Positions 40,213 to 50,915 of a stretch of 64,000 bases of DNA are shown here, piece after piece. A model generated the notes under the pieces. That model worked only from the letters and a program-made list of their open reading frames with translations. It was not told the origin of the DNA and did not search any database. How positions within the stretch are numbered: the first letter of the stretch is position 1; every line of letters begins with the position of its first letter. Source of the DNA: Octopus bimaculoides (taxonomy: Eukaryota); NCBI RefSeq assembly GCF_001194135.2, contig NC_068984.1, positions 34,297,552 through 34,361,551 of the forward strand, written 5' to 3'. A program made the translations under genes and the position numbers.

Positions 40213-40796
40213 TAGAAATATTAATATTTCTAAGTCTCTCGAAAGGAGACTACGGCAGCGGTACTGGATATTAATAGTTATCGTCAAGCCAGCATGGCAG
40301 TCCAAAATAAATAGGACCAATGCTGCGGTTGATTAGCTCCAAGAGGCCATCGCCTCTAGCTAGCTATGTGACACACGAATTTGTGTTCTTTATAACCTTC
40401 TGTCCATTATAACCATGTTGGCTTGCCGATAACTATTAATATCCAGTACCGCTGCCGTAGTCTTCTTTGGAGAGACTTAGAAATATTAATATTTCTACTT
40501 TTGAAAACCAGTGGATGTATTCCACTGAATTTAGGTAAATAACCCTTCGTACAGACGGTCAGTAGCGACGCCTGCTGGGTTCGGCTGCTCTACATTGATA
40601 AGACACAATACCACGAAACTAGTCTGTAGATGCCAGACCAGCAAGGGGAAGCCGCTGACCTCTCCTGTTCGAAGGTTATAATGGACACAAATTCGTGTGT
40701 CTCATAGCTAGCTAGAGGCGATGGCTTCTTGGAGCTAATCAACGGCAGCATTCGTCCTACTTTTTGGACTGCCATGTTGACTGGGTGATAACTATT
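40213..40796. mobile_element. Retrozyme/Penelope-pLTR-like insertion: permuted 359-nt monomer plus inverted partial copy, 12-bp TSD
   Basis: AAAATTCATTTA at 40201-40212 and 40797-40808. 40413-40439 recurs at 40772-40798 (period 359). 40213-40297 is the inverse of 40413-40497 and 40271-40400 the inverse of 40671-40798. Contains an HHR fold. Confidence 0.8.
40574..40642 (+). ncRNA. Type I hammerhead ribozyme fold, core degenerate in this copy
   Basis: TCTACA (stem I) TTGATAA (CUGAUGA with two transitions) GACACAATACCAC (stem/loop II) GAAAC TA GTC | TGTAGA (stem I partner). Stem III is palindromic (ACTAGT). Stem I extends through a TGC bulge to GGC/GCC and GCTGG/CCAGC. Confidence 0.7.
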
Positions 40797-42160
40797 AAAA
40801 TTCATTTACATATATATGTATGTGAATATGTGTGTGTATATGTATGTATGCATGTGTACACGCACGCGCACACACTTTCTTCAGATTGTGGGTGATTGGA
40901 AGCACTAATGAGTCGGGACTGCAATGCTTATTGATACTGTCGGACAGGATGATATATGTGTGTGTGTGTGTGCGTGTGTGTAGTGTGTGTGCTTGTGTTT
41001 GTGTGTGTGTGTTTGTGTGTGTGTGTGTTAGTGTGTGTGACACCATTTTATAAAAATATTTTGTAAGTGTCGAATGTGTTTGGTATTTTGCAGATAAGAA
41101 AGTAAATTTTGAACGCAATAAAGCTGTAATAACAACAGAACAAGAGTGAGTGTTTACTCGTATAAAACGAAAAACAGTTGCCACAAGGCAACTACGAAAT
41201 TAACGTTCTTGCCTGCAGTGCTCCAGCCTGGCCGCAGTCAATTGAATAAAACAATTAAGTCTTGTCAGTAAACAGGTCGTGGTTTGAAAGCGACGAAAAT
41301 ATGTTGACACAAATTAAATTTGGATGTTAAAGTGAATCTCACGGTTTTTGTGTTTTTAAATGGATTATAAACACCTTCCACGCTGCAAACGATTTTGTAT
41401 ATATAATATAATATAATATAATATAATATAATATAATATATATATNNNNNNNNNNNNNNNNNNNNNNNNNNNNNNNNNNNNNNNNNNNNNNNNNNNNNNN
41501 NNNNNNNNNNNNNNNNNNNNNNNNNNNNNNNNNNNNNNNNNNNNNNNNNNNNNNNNNNNNNNNNNNNNNNNNNNNNNNNNNNNNNNNNNNNNNNNNNNNN
41601 NNNNNNNNNNNNNNNNNNNNNNNNNNNNNNNNNNNNNNNNNNNNNNNNNNNNNNNNNNNNNNNNNNNNNNNNNNNNNNNNNNNNNNNNNNNNNNNNNNNN
41701 NNNNNNNNNNNNNNNNNNNNNNNNNNNNNNNNNNNNNNNNNNNNNNNNNNNNNNNNNNNNNNNNNNNNNNNNNNNNNNNNNNNNNNNNNNNNNNNNNNNN
41801 NNNNNNNNNNNNNNNNNNNNNNNNNNNNNNNNNNNNNNNNNNNNNNNNNNNNNNNNNNNNNNNNNNNNNNNNNNNNNNNNNNNNNNNNNNNNNNNNNNNN
41901 NNNNNNNNNNNNNNNNNNNNNNNNNNNNNNNNNNNNNNNNNNNNNNNNNNNNNNNNNNNNNNNNNNNNNNNNNNNNNNNNNNNNNNNNNNNNNNNNNNNN
42001 NNNNNNNNNNNNNNNNNNNNNNNNNNNNNNNNNNNNNNNNNNNNNNNNNNNNNNNNNNNNNNNNNNNNNNNNNNNNNNNNNNNNNNNNNNNNNNNNNNNN
42101 NNNNNNNNNNNNNNNNNNNNNNNNNNNNNNNNNNNNNNNNNNNNNNNNNNNNNNNNNNNN

Positions 42161-42205
<45 letters not shown>

Positions 42206-42379
42206 TTTATTTTCTCCTAATTAATAAATAACTCGGACAAAATAAATTGGTTAATAGATACCAGGGTAGCAAAGATCACAAAATAGCTGTGGTGTAACTC
42301 CTGTTTATGAGGTAGAAACTCCTTGATATTTTGGGTACTTGAGTATATATACTAGTATATATACTCCATTCATTAAATT

Positions 42380-42428
<49 letters not shown>

Positions 42429-42581
42429 ATGTATATATATTAGAGGGCTTGGAAGTGATGTATAGGGATAATATATTATAAAAAATAATAAGGTACTCAG
42501 ATATCTGGATGGTTGTGAATCTGTAAATGTACACCCATCCAGATATCTGAGTACCTTATTATTTTTTCTAATACACACACA

Positions 42582-42624
<43 letters not shown>

Positions 42625-42751
42625 TGCGTATGCGACTTTTACGTTCTCGGGCATTAACGTTATTCTTTTAGGGATAATAATATTCTTTTATATATATNNN
42701 NNNNNNNTACGTTCTCGGGCATTAACGTTATTCTTTTAGGGATAATAATAT

Positions 42752-42797
<46 letters not shown>

Positions 42798-43206
42798 TAA
42801 AGAGATAGATAGGTATGCATGTAAGCATGCATGTATGTATATGTGCATGTATGTATGTATGTATGTATGTATATATGTATGTATGTAAATACGTATATCT
42901 CCTATGCCGTAGTATCCTTCTGCTCACAATGAAAGAAGCTTAGCGCCAATGAACTAAAGGATTTTTTAGTCCCTGTGTGGCTTATTCTACGACTTTCATT
43001 TCTGTCTTTCACAAAGCCGTAAGACTCGTAAAGAGTATGTGACGCTTTCAGATCCCCAGGGGCAAATACGGTACGCCGTAACATTACTTTCAATCGTTTT
43101 CTGATCATTGCCTCGGTTTTTTTCAACTTGCATGGAACTTTTTCCTTATCTGCCTGTTATAACTATAATTTTGTACATTTATCATTCATCTATGCCCCTG
43201 TGACCA

Positions 43207-43378
43207 TTCTTCTTCTTCTTCTTCTTCTTCTTCTTCTTCTTCTTCTTCTTCTTCTTCTTCTTCTTCTTCTTCTTCTTCTTCTTCTTCTTCTTCTTCTTCT
43301 TCTTCTTCTTCTTCTTCTTCTTCTTCTTCTTCTTCTTCTTCTTCTTCTTCTTCTTCTTCTTCTCCTCCTTCTCCTTCT
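43207..43378. repeat. Long (TTC)n/(GAA)n microsatellite, about 52 perfect units
   Basis: Uninterrupted TTC units to about 43363; source of the poly-L and poly-R ORFs. Confidence 0.95.
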
Positions 43379-43384
43379 TTTTAG

Positions 43385-43417
<33 letters not shown>

Positions 43418-43729
43418 GATTATTGCTATTTACTTTTAATGTGCATTTATGTATGTTACACTCACTTGCCGAGACACGCCTAGTCTCTTGGGGCGTGTGA
43501 AGGATAAGAGATGTTACAGTAAAGAAAGCTTGGGGAAAGGAAGTAGCGAAATAACTTCATGTAATACAACAGACATTTAAATGGATAGGGTTTTTCTAAG
43601 GATATCGGCAGCAGTTGTCGGTACAATCAATGAGATTTCTCTGAGATATGGATCTCCTGGGATCTTATCGAGATTTTTCTTACATCCCTTTGTTTTATCA
43701 TCTCTTCCTTATTATTATTATTGTTGTTG

Positions 43730-43804
<75 letters not shown>

Positions 43805-43806
<2 letters not shown>

Positions 43807-44085
43807 TATGCTTCAAAATTTCTGGCACAAAGGTTAGAGGTGAAACTTTCGGATCGTCGCAAGACGCACTGCAGCGACGGCGTGTGGCAAGCACGTTTTC
43901 CTTGATCAAGAGAGAAGTTAAGGAGTCTATTACATTGAACCCAGTGCTCAGTTTGTACTTAGTTTATTGACCCAGAAACAGTGAAAGGCAAAGTTGGACT
44001 CAGTGGAATTTGAACTCAGGAATGTAAGGAGCTGATAGAAAAGCCTGATAAGCACTGTATCCGACGTGCTAACGATTCCTCCACA
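43805..44085 (-). mobile_element. Inverted SINE copy or copies between (TAT)n and (AAT)n tracts
   Basis: GGCAAAGTTGGACTCAGTGGAATTTGAACTCAG...CCGACGTGCTAACGATTC is the reverse complement of the second SINE family. Confidence 0.7.
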
Positions 44086-47000
44086 TAATAATAATAATAA
44101 TAATAATATAGCTCATTCTGATGTAGAATTAGAATCGCAGCAAAATCACATACAAAAATCACTACTTTACACACACGCACGCACGCACACAGACATGCAC
44201 ACCCTCATAAAGATATGGGTGTGAATGTATATATGTGTGTTTGTCTGTGTTTGTGTGAAAGACAGTGCATAACGGTGTGTGCGCATGCAGTGATTGTAGT
44301 GGTGGTGGTGGTGGTGGTGGTAGAAATGATGTGTGTAATAAAAGACACTTCGGTATCACTCTGAAGATGCAATACGGTAATCATGCTGAAATAAAGATAG
44401 GAACAAGAGAAGATAAGTTTTGTACATGGCTCCAAGATGTCTGCAATGAAATGAGATGATAAGCTGCTTCCATGTTTTACATTGAATTTAGATTACAAAG
44501 GAAGGACTCATTTCAAAGTCTACGCAAGAAGAAGAATTTTAGGTTTTTATTCATTTTATGTCGCCAATTCAGAGGAAGACGGACAGCGCCCACTTAATAC
44601 ATTTCAGGTTTTCGGGGTTTGGCGGGAGAAAGGGTGTAATATGCCCTTACACCTGAAACTGGGCAAGGATGTTTGCGACAGTTTGAGCATAGCTAGAGAT
44701 GCACCGAAGAACCAGATGGTTGTGGGGTTATTTTGTGAGCTTAGTGTCAAACGATTAGCATATGTAATCTCTAAGAGAGGTAGATCTAATTTGTACGCAC
44801 ACAAATACTTTTGCACATGCACACACACATATATATATACACACACCTATGTATACAGATACCTTTTTATCTTCAAAGCTGCACCATTCTGGAACGCCTA
44901 CTTAGCATGTTTTTTCTCACATCTCTGGATAAATATCTGTTGAGCATCAATCAGAACTAACTGCACCAGTCCTACAAATGTTTTCAACACTCCCTCACAC
45001 TGCACGCTATTACAAGTAAACAGACCAAGGAATCACTAGTTTAATTCAACAGAATATATGTTTCGATCTCACTACTCAAATTGTTACACACTTTCTATGT
45101 TTTACCTCATTGTTAGTGAAAGGGGGTGTAAATGATTTCGGCGGTGGCTTTATGTCCTTATTACTTTCGGAACAGTAAAGATACTACAAAATCATGTATT
45201 CCTGTTACACAATGAGGACGTTATAGATTACTGGTCTCCAAAGTTCCTGTGATACCTTCAGCCTATCTATCCAACCCTAAGTTATGCAAAACCGTTGTTT
45301 TACTCCATTAGCAAAACTTTAACCTCAAAGAAAATCTCACGACATTCCTAAACACTATCTATAACATTTTAGAGCGCCTAGACACTCCGAGTAGTAACCA
45401 CTGTTATACGGATTTAGGCGTCATCAGATTAATTCGCTTTTGAATGAAATAATAGGCAAGCGACAACACAGTCCATATCGGTCAAATTAAGAAACATGAA
45501 CAGTTTCTTAAAAACCTAAACTGAGGTATGCGTTCTTTTTGAGATGAGAGTAGAGATGAGTTTTTGTGTTTCGAAGAACAAAAAAATATAAAAACGATTA
45601 AAAATTAATGACAGAGTTGTTCTTTCTCTTTCTCCCTTTTCCTTAACTCTCTCCATTTTTCTGCCTACGGGTCTATACTTTAATGTCTGTACCGTTGATT
45701 GCCTATGAGTTTTCCGTTGGGTATTACAATCTACGGTATATCAGTCGCATTACAATCTACGGTATATCAAAGAAGCAACTGCAAATGCTCTTCTAAGACA
45801 AGAGCGCTGTTAATGAGGACGAATGAATGGCTTCAAGAAGTGAATAAAGGCGTCTCTAACAGATTTTAAAATTGTGATTGATTCCTAGGAGTTGCTTGCA
45901 CAAGTATATTCTCACTTTGCCGCAATATATGAAAGCAAAAGACCTGCTACAAATGAAAATCCCAAAAGCTTGAGATACCTGTGCAGCAGTGCCGCACATG
46001 TCTGTAGTACCTTACACGCGGGATAGGATGTTTTGCTCAGGCAGGCCTCATTAGTCTGCTGGCACCTCTCCTGGCCCAGCAGACTAGTCTAGACAAGATA
46101 TAGAAGCCAATTCTGCGGCTTGACTATTTTTGATAAAGGTAAGCGAACAACGTACATATTTAAGTAAGTACCTTGCAAATACTGTACTACACAATAACAA
46201 CTTTTGCTAGCCAAAGCGACAATGCTTCCTTGTTTGAATCTAAGCAGGACTGGGCATTATTCCCGAGGGTGAGTAGATGTGTGTATCTATGTATATATAT
46301 GTGTATGCGTATAAGCATGGATGTGTTTGTATATTTTTCAGTGACACTCATACATCCCGGTAGAACCAACCATCTAATCAAATACCTCTATATAGCAGAC
46401 ATTAGGAAGTAATTGATCTACAGGTTCGGACCTTACGTTGTTAGTTTCTTTCGTAATGTAAACGTGTCCATTATAAATGATTTGCTCTTAATATAGTGTG
46501 ATGTGTTAATCTAGCTATCAGGAGTAACTTAGGCAAACTCTCCTGCAATTCAAATGCGACTCATCTGTTGAAAGCTAAATTTCGCATTCAATGCACTGGA
46601 GATCCTATCTATTGAGATTTTTGACTCGTGAAAAGCAAAACTGATTTAAAGTCAGCATCTGAAGAATAAAAAATAATCTGCCAGGGAGCTGTATCAGCAA
46701 CCTGGTTTCAATTCCCCTTTGTAGTCACTGCCCTGCACTTAAGTTGTTATTGTGCTGGTGATAAGGGATTAGGGTTGCATGTTGAATGATTGATGTATTT
46801 TTCAGTTAAATCGTTTATCACATTTAAACATACACGTGAATACAGTTATCAACACATATGTACGTAAAGGTATATACTTTCAGATTATTGTGCGTGCGAT
46901 GTGTATATACATACGTATACTCACACACACGCACCCACACACACACTCACACACACACACACACACATACATATGTATTTATGTATATATAGCTATATAC

Positions 47001-49688
47001 ATATACATATATATATATGTACATATATATCTGTATATATGTATATATATTTATGTGTGTATGCATGTATATCTGTGTGTATGTGTGTGCATATAAATAC
47101 ATTCATAATACATATATACATACATGCACACACACACACATAACCCCCCCACACACACACATATAAACATATATATATATGGGTGTATGTGTGCGTGTGT
47201 GTGCATGTATGTATGTATATATGTGTATGAGTGTATGTGTATGTGTGCGTGTGTGTGCATGTATGTATGTATGTATATATATATATATATATATATATAC
47301 TTTATACACTCTCTCAGACACACACATGCGTGTTTATGTGTGCACAAAAAGGTACCTACACACTTGTGCGTCTATGTGCTTGCATGTACTTGTTTTTCTT
47401 TCTTAGTTATTTTGTGCCTATTCAGCTGATTGCTTATAAACGTGATGTGACTGCATTTATATTTGTGCACACCCCTTACACGATAAACATTCACAGATAC
47501 AAACAAACACGTATTCACACACACACACACACTTGCGCAACCGCAGGCACACTCGCATACATACACATACAGATTAAAGTGAAGATTAGATGATATGTCT
47601 CTTTCGCCATTTTACATAAACCAAATTTACATAGCAACACAAAAACACATTTAGAAACATACACGTTTTCAGGCGAGTGTGTTTGTGTGTGTAAGCATGT
47701 TTTTATGTATGTGTGAGTCTTTTTATTTGTGTGTTTTACGTATATATGTGTATTCGTGTGTGCATAATTGGGCAGTAAGCATGTGATCGTTTCTTGTCTC
47801 TTCAGTGTAGATCCAATAACGAGAATCCACAGCCGATAAATAGTTGTAAAATCGAAGTACATATTTGCCGATCTGATACACTTCCTATATCGAATTGCAA
47901 CTGCTGTCTGTTCATGTGAAGACAAGTGGAAATAAATCTTTCTCCCCGTCGGCAAGATCTATTGCAATCATTAGTAATACGATGGCGTTTGAAGAAAACA
48001 TTCGTCTATCATGAACAGCAGGCTAGTCGGTTGTGATGTGACCGTGTGGCGGTAATAATATCTTTGGTGTTACTTAGTGGTGGTGATTATACTACTACTA
48101 CTACTACTTGTAGTAGTAATAATAGTAGTAGTAGTAACAGCAGCAGTAGTAGTAGCAGCAACAGTGGTATTAGTGATGGTGGGTTTGGTGCTGATGGTTG
48201 TATTAGTCAACGTGATTAGTAGTGTTTTTGTCGTTCAATCTCAGGTCAATCCTGATTGAGCAGATATATGATCAATGGCGTTCAAACTGTAACAACCGCT
48301 TGTCTGGCAGTGTCTTCTAAAGTCCACTTTATCTAATATGTTATTTCCTATGTGATCTGGGGAAGCTGAATCCAGTATCATTAAGCAGTTTCCAGAAACC
48401 AGATAGAAGCTCCTCACTGGTCATGATGGTGTTAGTGGTTAACGTGACAACGTTCTTGAATAGCCCTAGGTCAAAGGTGCTCAACCTGTGGCAATGACCG
48501 TCTCATGTTTTTCTACCAAAGCATAGTGAACTATATTATCCAATGTGTCTTCTTTTAAGAAAATACAGTGTGATTGGGAAGGTAGGCTGTAATTTCTTAG
48601 TAGTCAACCAAATACATAGAACTCCATTGTTAGTTTGATTGAATGTCATTTTGCATAGTCTAGTGGTTAAGGTGTTTGACTCACGATTGTTAGGCCGTGG
48701 TGTCACTTTCTGGACCGGGTAACGTATTTCATCCTTCATTTGATATGGCTTACAACAGTTTGGTTAGATTTGTTGAGTACTAGCTATGTGTGGCGCAGCT
48801 CTCTTTTACCCATCCTGCTACATCCTGAATGTTCTGCTGACGTAAAAGATTTGGGCGTGAGGTTAGAGAGTGTCTGTGACAACACAGGTACTTAAAGGTT
48901 TCAGAAAAAGCATGGCACACGTTAGAAAGCTCTACTCGATCACGAATGAAGGCTAGCTGTACTTCGGTCTGTTGCTATTTTTTGTCTGTGTAATCCTGAG
49001 TTTATTGTTGTCTATATCAGATAAGTACCTAACTGAGAATACCTACCATCAAAGATATTCAAAACGTGACCAACCCATTTTGTACATCTAGAATTACTTT
49101 GTTGAATGTGCTATTAGTTTTGTAACCAATGTGTGATTCGAGTGCGATTTTGGTTACTATTACTAGCAAGTCAAGTTTTAACGTAGAAGCTTCATTGCTG
49201 GCTGGTAGTGATGAAATTATTGGTGGAGGTAATCCTGATGATATTGCTAATAGTAATGATAGACATGGTGGTATCGGAGGTAATATTAGTAGTGATGGTA
49301 ATGTCAATGCCGTGGTAGTTATGGCAATGGTTTGATGCAGATTAATTTGGACTGTAGTATTGCTCATGCTGGTGTAATTGTTGTTCTTTAGTTCTGATCG
49401 GGTAGATCTTTGATTAAAGATAACATAGCCACGGTAGCTTTTTAATGTCGAGGAATTTGATGTTCGTTGTCTCCTGCCTTTTTAAGACTATATGCGTTAT
49501 TTGAGCGAGTTTTGGCTGCTATTTCTAGAAACTCATTAACAGGTTTGCTACTCTTTCACAAGGTCTTGAGTCCAGTAATAGAGTATGACCCACGATTAAA
49601 ACATTTCTGGTGTAAAATACCAAAACTTTTGGTGATATCTGTAACCTCATTGGTTTAAAATATATTCTACATATTCATGATAGCAGAG

Positions 49689-49886
49689 CTGTATTTCTCA
49701 ACCATAGACCACTATGGTTTCTTATAGACCCCTTTCATTCCTATTTTATTTGGATAGACCCTTCTAGACAATCGATGGTTAACAAAATCATATTTTTATA
49801 AATAGATATTATTAGAAATTGTATTAAAGATTGTTAAACCTTGCAACAAATTTATTGTAGATGTGAACTTCGATTGAGAACCACTG
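49689..49886. mobile_element. hAT (Charlie-like) MITE with a decayed 8-bp TSD
   Basis: TIRs CTGTATTTCTCAACC and GATTGAGAACCACTG (CAGTGGTTCTCAACC type); flanks TAGCAGAG and TAATAGAG are 6/8 identical. Confidence 0.7.
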
Positions 49887-50322
49887 TAATAGAGAATAGT
49901 TTTGAGCTATATTTGCCTGCTATTTCTAGTATGCCTAATGACTGTATGACGGTGCGCACAGAGGAGGTACTATTAGTTTTGGAGACAGCTACGGTGGTGG
50001 AGGTGGTGAGTGTAGTTATGATGACAAGGGTAAAGGAATTCTAATGACAGTGGCAGTGGTAGTAGTAGATGTGTTGATGGGAGTGGTGAAAGGAGTAGCA
50101 GTGATATTGACAGGGGTTGTAATAGAGGAGATGATGGGGGGGGGGGAAAATTACTTTAGTGGCGGAGGTGGTAGCATTGACCATGTTAAGGCTAGTGATG
50201 GTGTCAATGATATTGATGATGACATTCATGGAGAGGAGGCCTATTAATGTTTATGATGGTGGTGGTAGGGGGACTTTTAACAGTACAAACAGCGGTTCGA
50301 GGGGTGTTATTGTTCTCAACAG

Positions 50323-50540
50323 AAGGCAGCGAGCAGGCAGAATCGTTAACGCGCTGGACGAAATGCTTAGCGGTATTTCGCCCGTCGCTACGTTCTGAGT
50401 TCAAATTCCGCCGAGGCCGATTTTGCTTTTCATCCTTTCGGGGACGATAAAATGAGTTCCAGTCGAAAACTGGGGTCAATGTGATCGACTTGTCCCCTCC
50501 CGGGAAATTGCTGCCATTGTGGCAAAATTGGAAACCGTTA
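50323..50540 (+). mobile_element. tRNA-derived SINE (second family), well preserved
   Basis: AGGCAGCGAGCAGGCAGAATCGTTAACGCGCTGGACGAAATGCTTAGCGGTATTTCG...GAGTTCAAATTCCGCCGAGG. TGTTATTGTTCTCAACAGA-like sequence occurs on both sides (about 50305-50322 and 50537-50554), a possible TSD. Confidence 0.9.
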
Positions 50541-50640
50541 TTGTTCTCAACAGAGCTAAGTATGGTCTGACTGCGAGTAATAGATATTGCGATGATGACA
50601 GCAGTAATGTGAATAGCAGTGATAATATGAGTGGTGTGAA

Positions 50641-50915
50641 GGCACATGCCCTAGTGGTTAGAGCAACGGACTCGCGGTCGAGGGATGGCGGATTCGAATC
50701 TCAGACCGGGCAACGTGTGTGTGTTTATGAGCGAAACACCTAAACTCCACGCGACTCTGGCAGAAGGTAATGGCGAGCTTTTGCTGACTCTTTCGCCACA
50801 ACTTTCTCTCACTCATTCCTCCTGCATCTCATCCAGGTGGGGAACGTATACACCAATGAAACCGGGAAACCGGCCCTTATCAGAAAGGCATGGCTCGAGA
50901 AGGAACAACCAACAA
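50641..50915 (+). mobile_element. Third tRNA-derived SINE family
   Basis: tRNA-like head GGCACATGCCCTAGTGGTTAGAGCAACGGACTCGCGGTCGAGGGATGGCGGATTCGAATCTCAGACCGGG with A and B boxes, an unrelated body and an (AAC)n tail. Confidence 0.8.

Noticed and set aside
42640-42765. 58-bp exact direct duplication around a 10-N gap
   Set aside because: Identical sequence on both sides of a placeholder gap is the signature of unmerged overlapping contig ends.
44482-44943. 153-aa plus-strand ORF
   Set aside because: No recognisable motif, no convincing splice or start context, and it runs into (CA)/(TA) repeats.
47786-47810. Minus-strand CUGAAGA...GAAAC hammerhead-like pair
   Set aside because: Only 5 nt between the core halves, so stem II cannot form, and there is no valid stem I or NUH arrangement.
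48070-50640. Val/Met/Gly/Thr-rich ORFs (48077, 49059, 49129, 50044, 50204)
   Set aside because: Decayed GTN/GAT/GGT trinucleotide simple sequence plus a SINE; stops are scarce for compositional reasons.
50641-50712. tRNA-like sequence as a true tRNA gene
   Set aside because: Acceptor and anticodon stems do not close, and it continues into a SINE body and tail.
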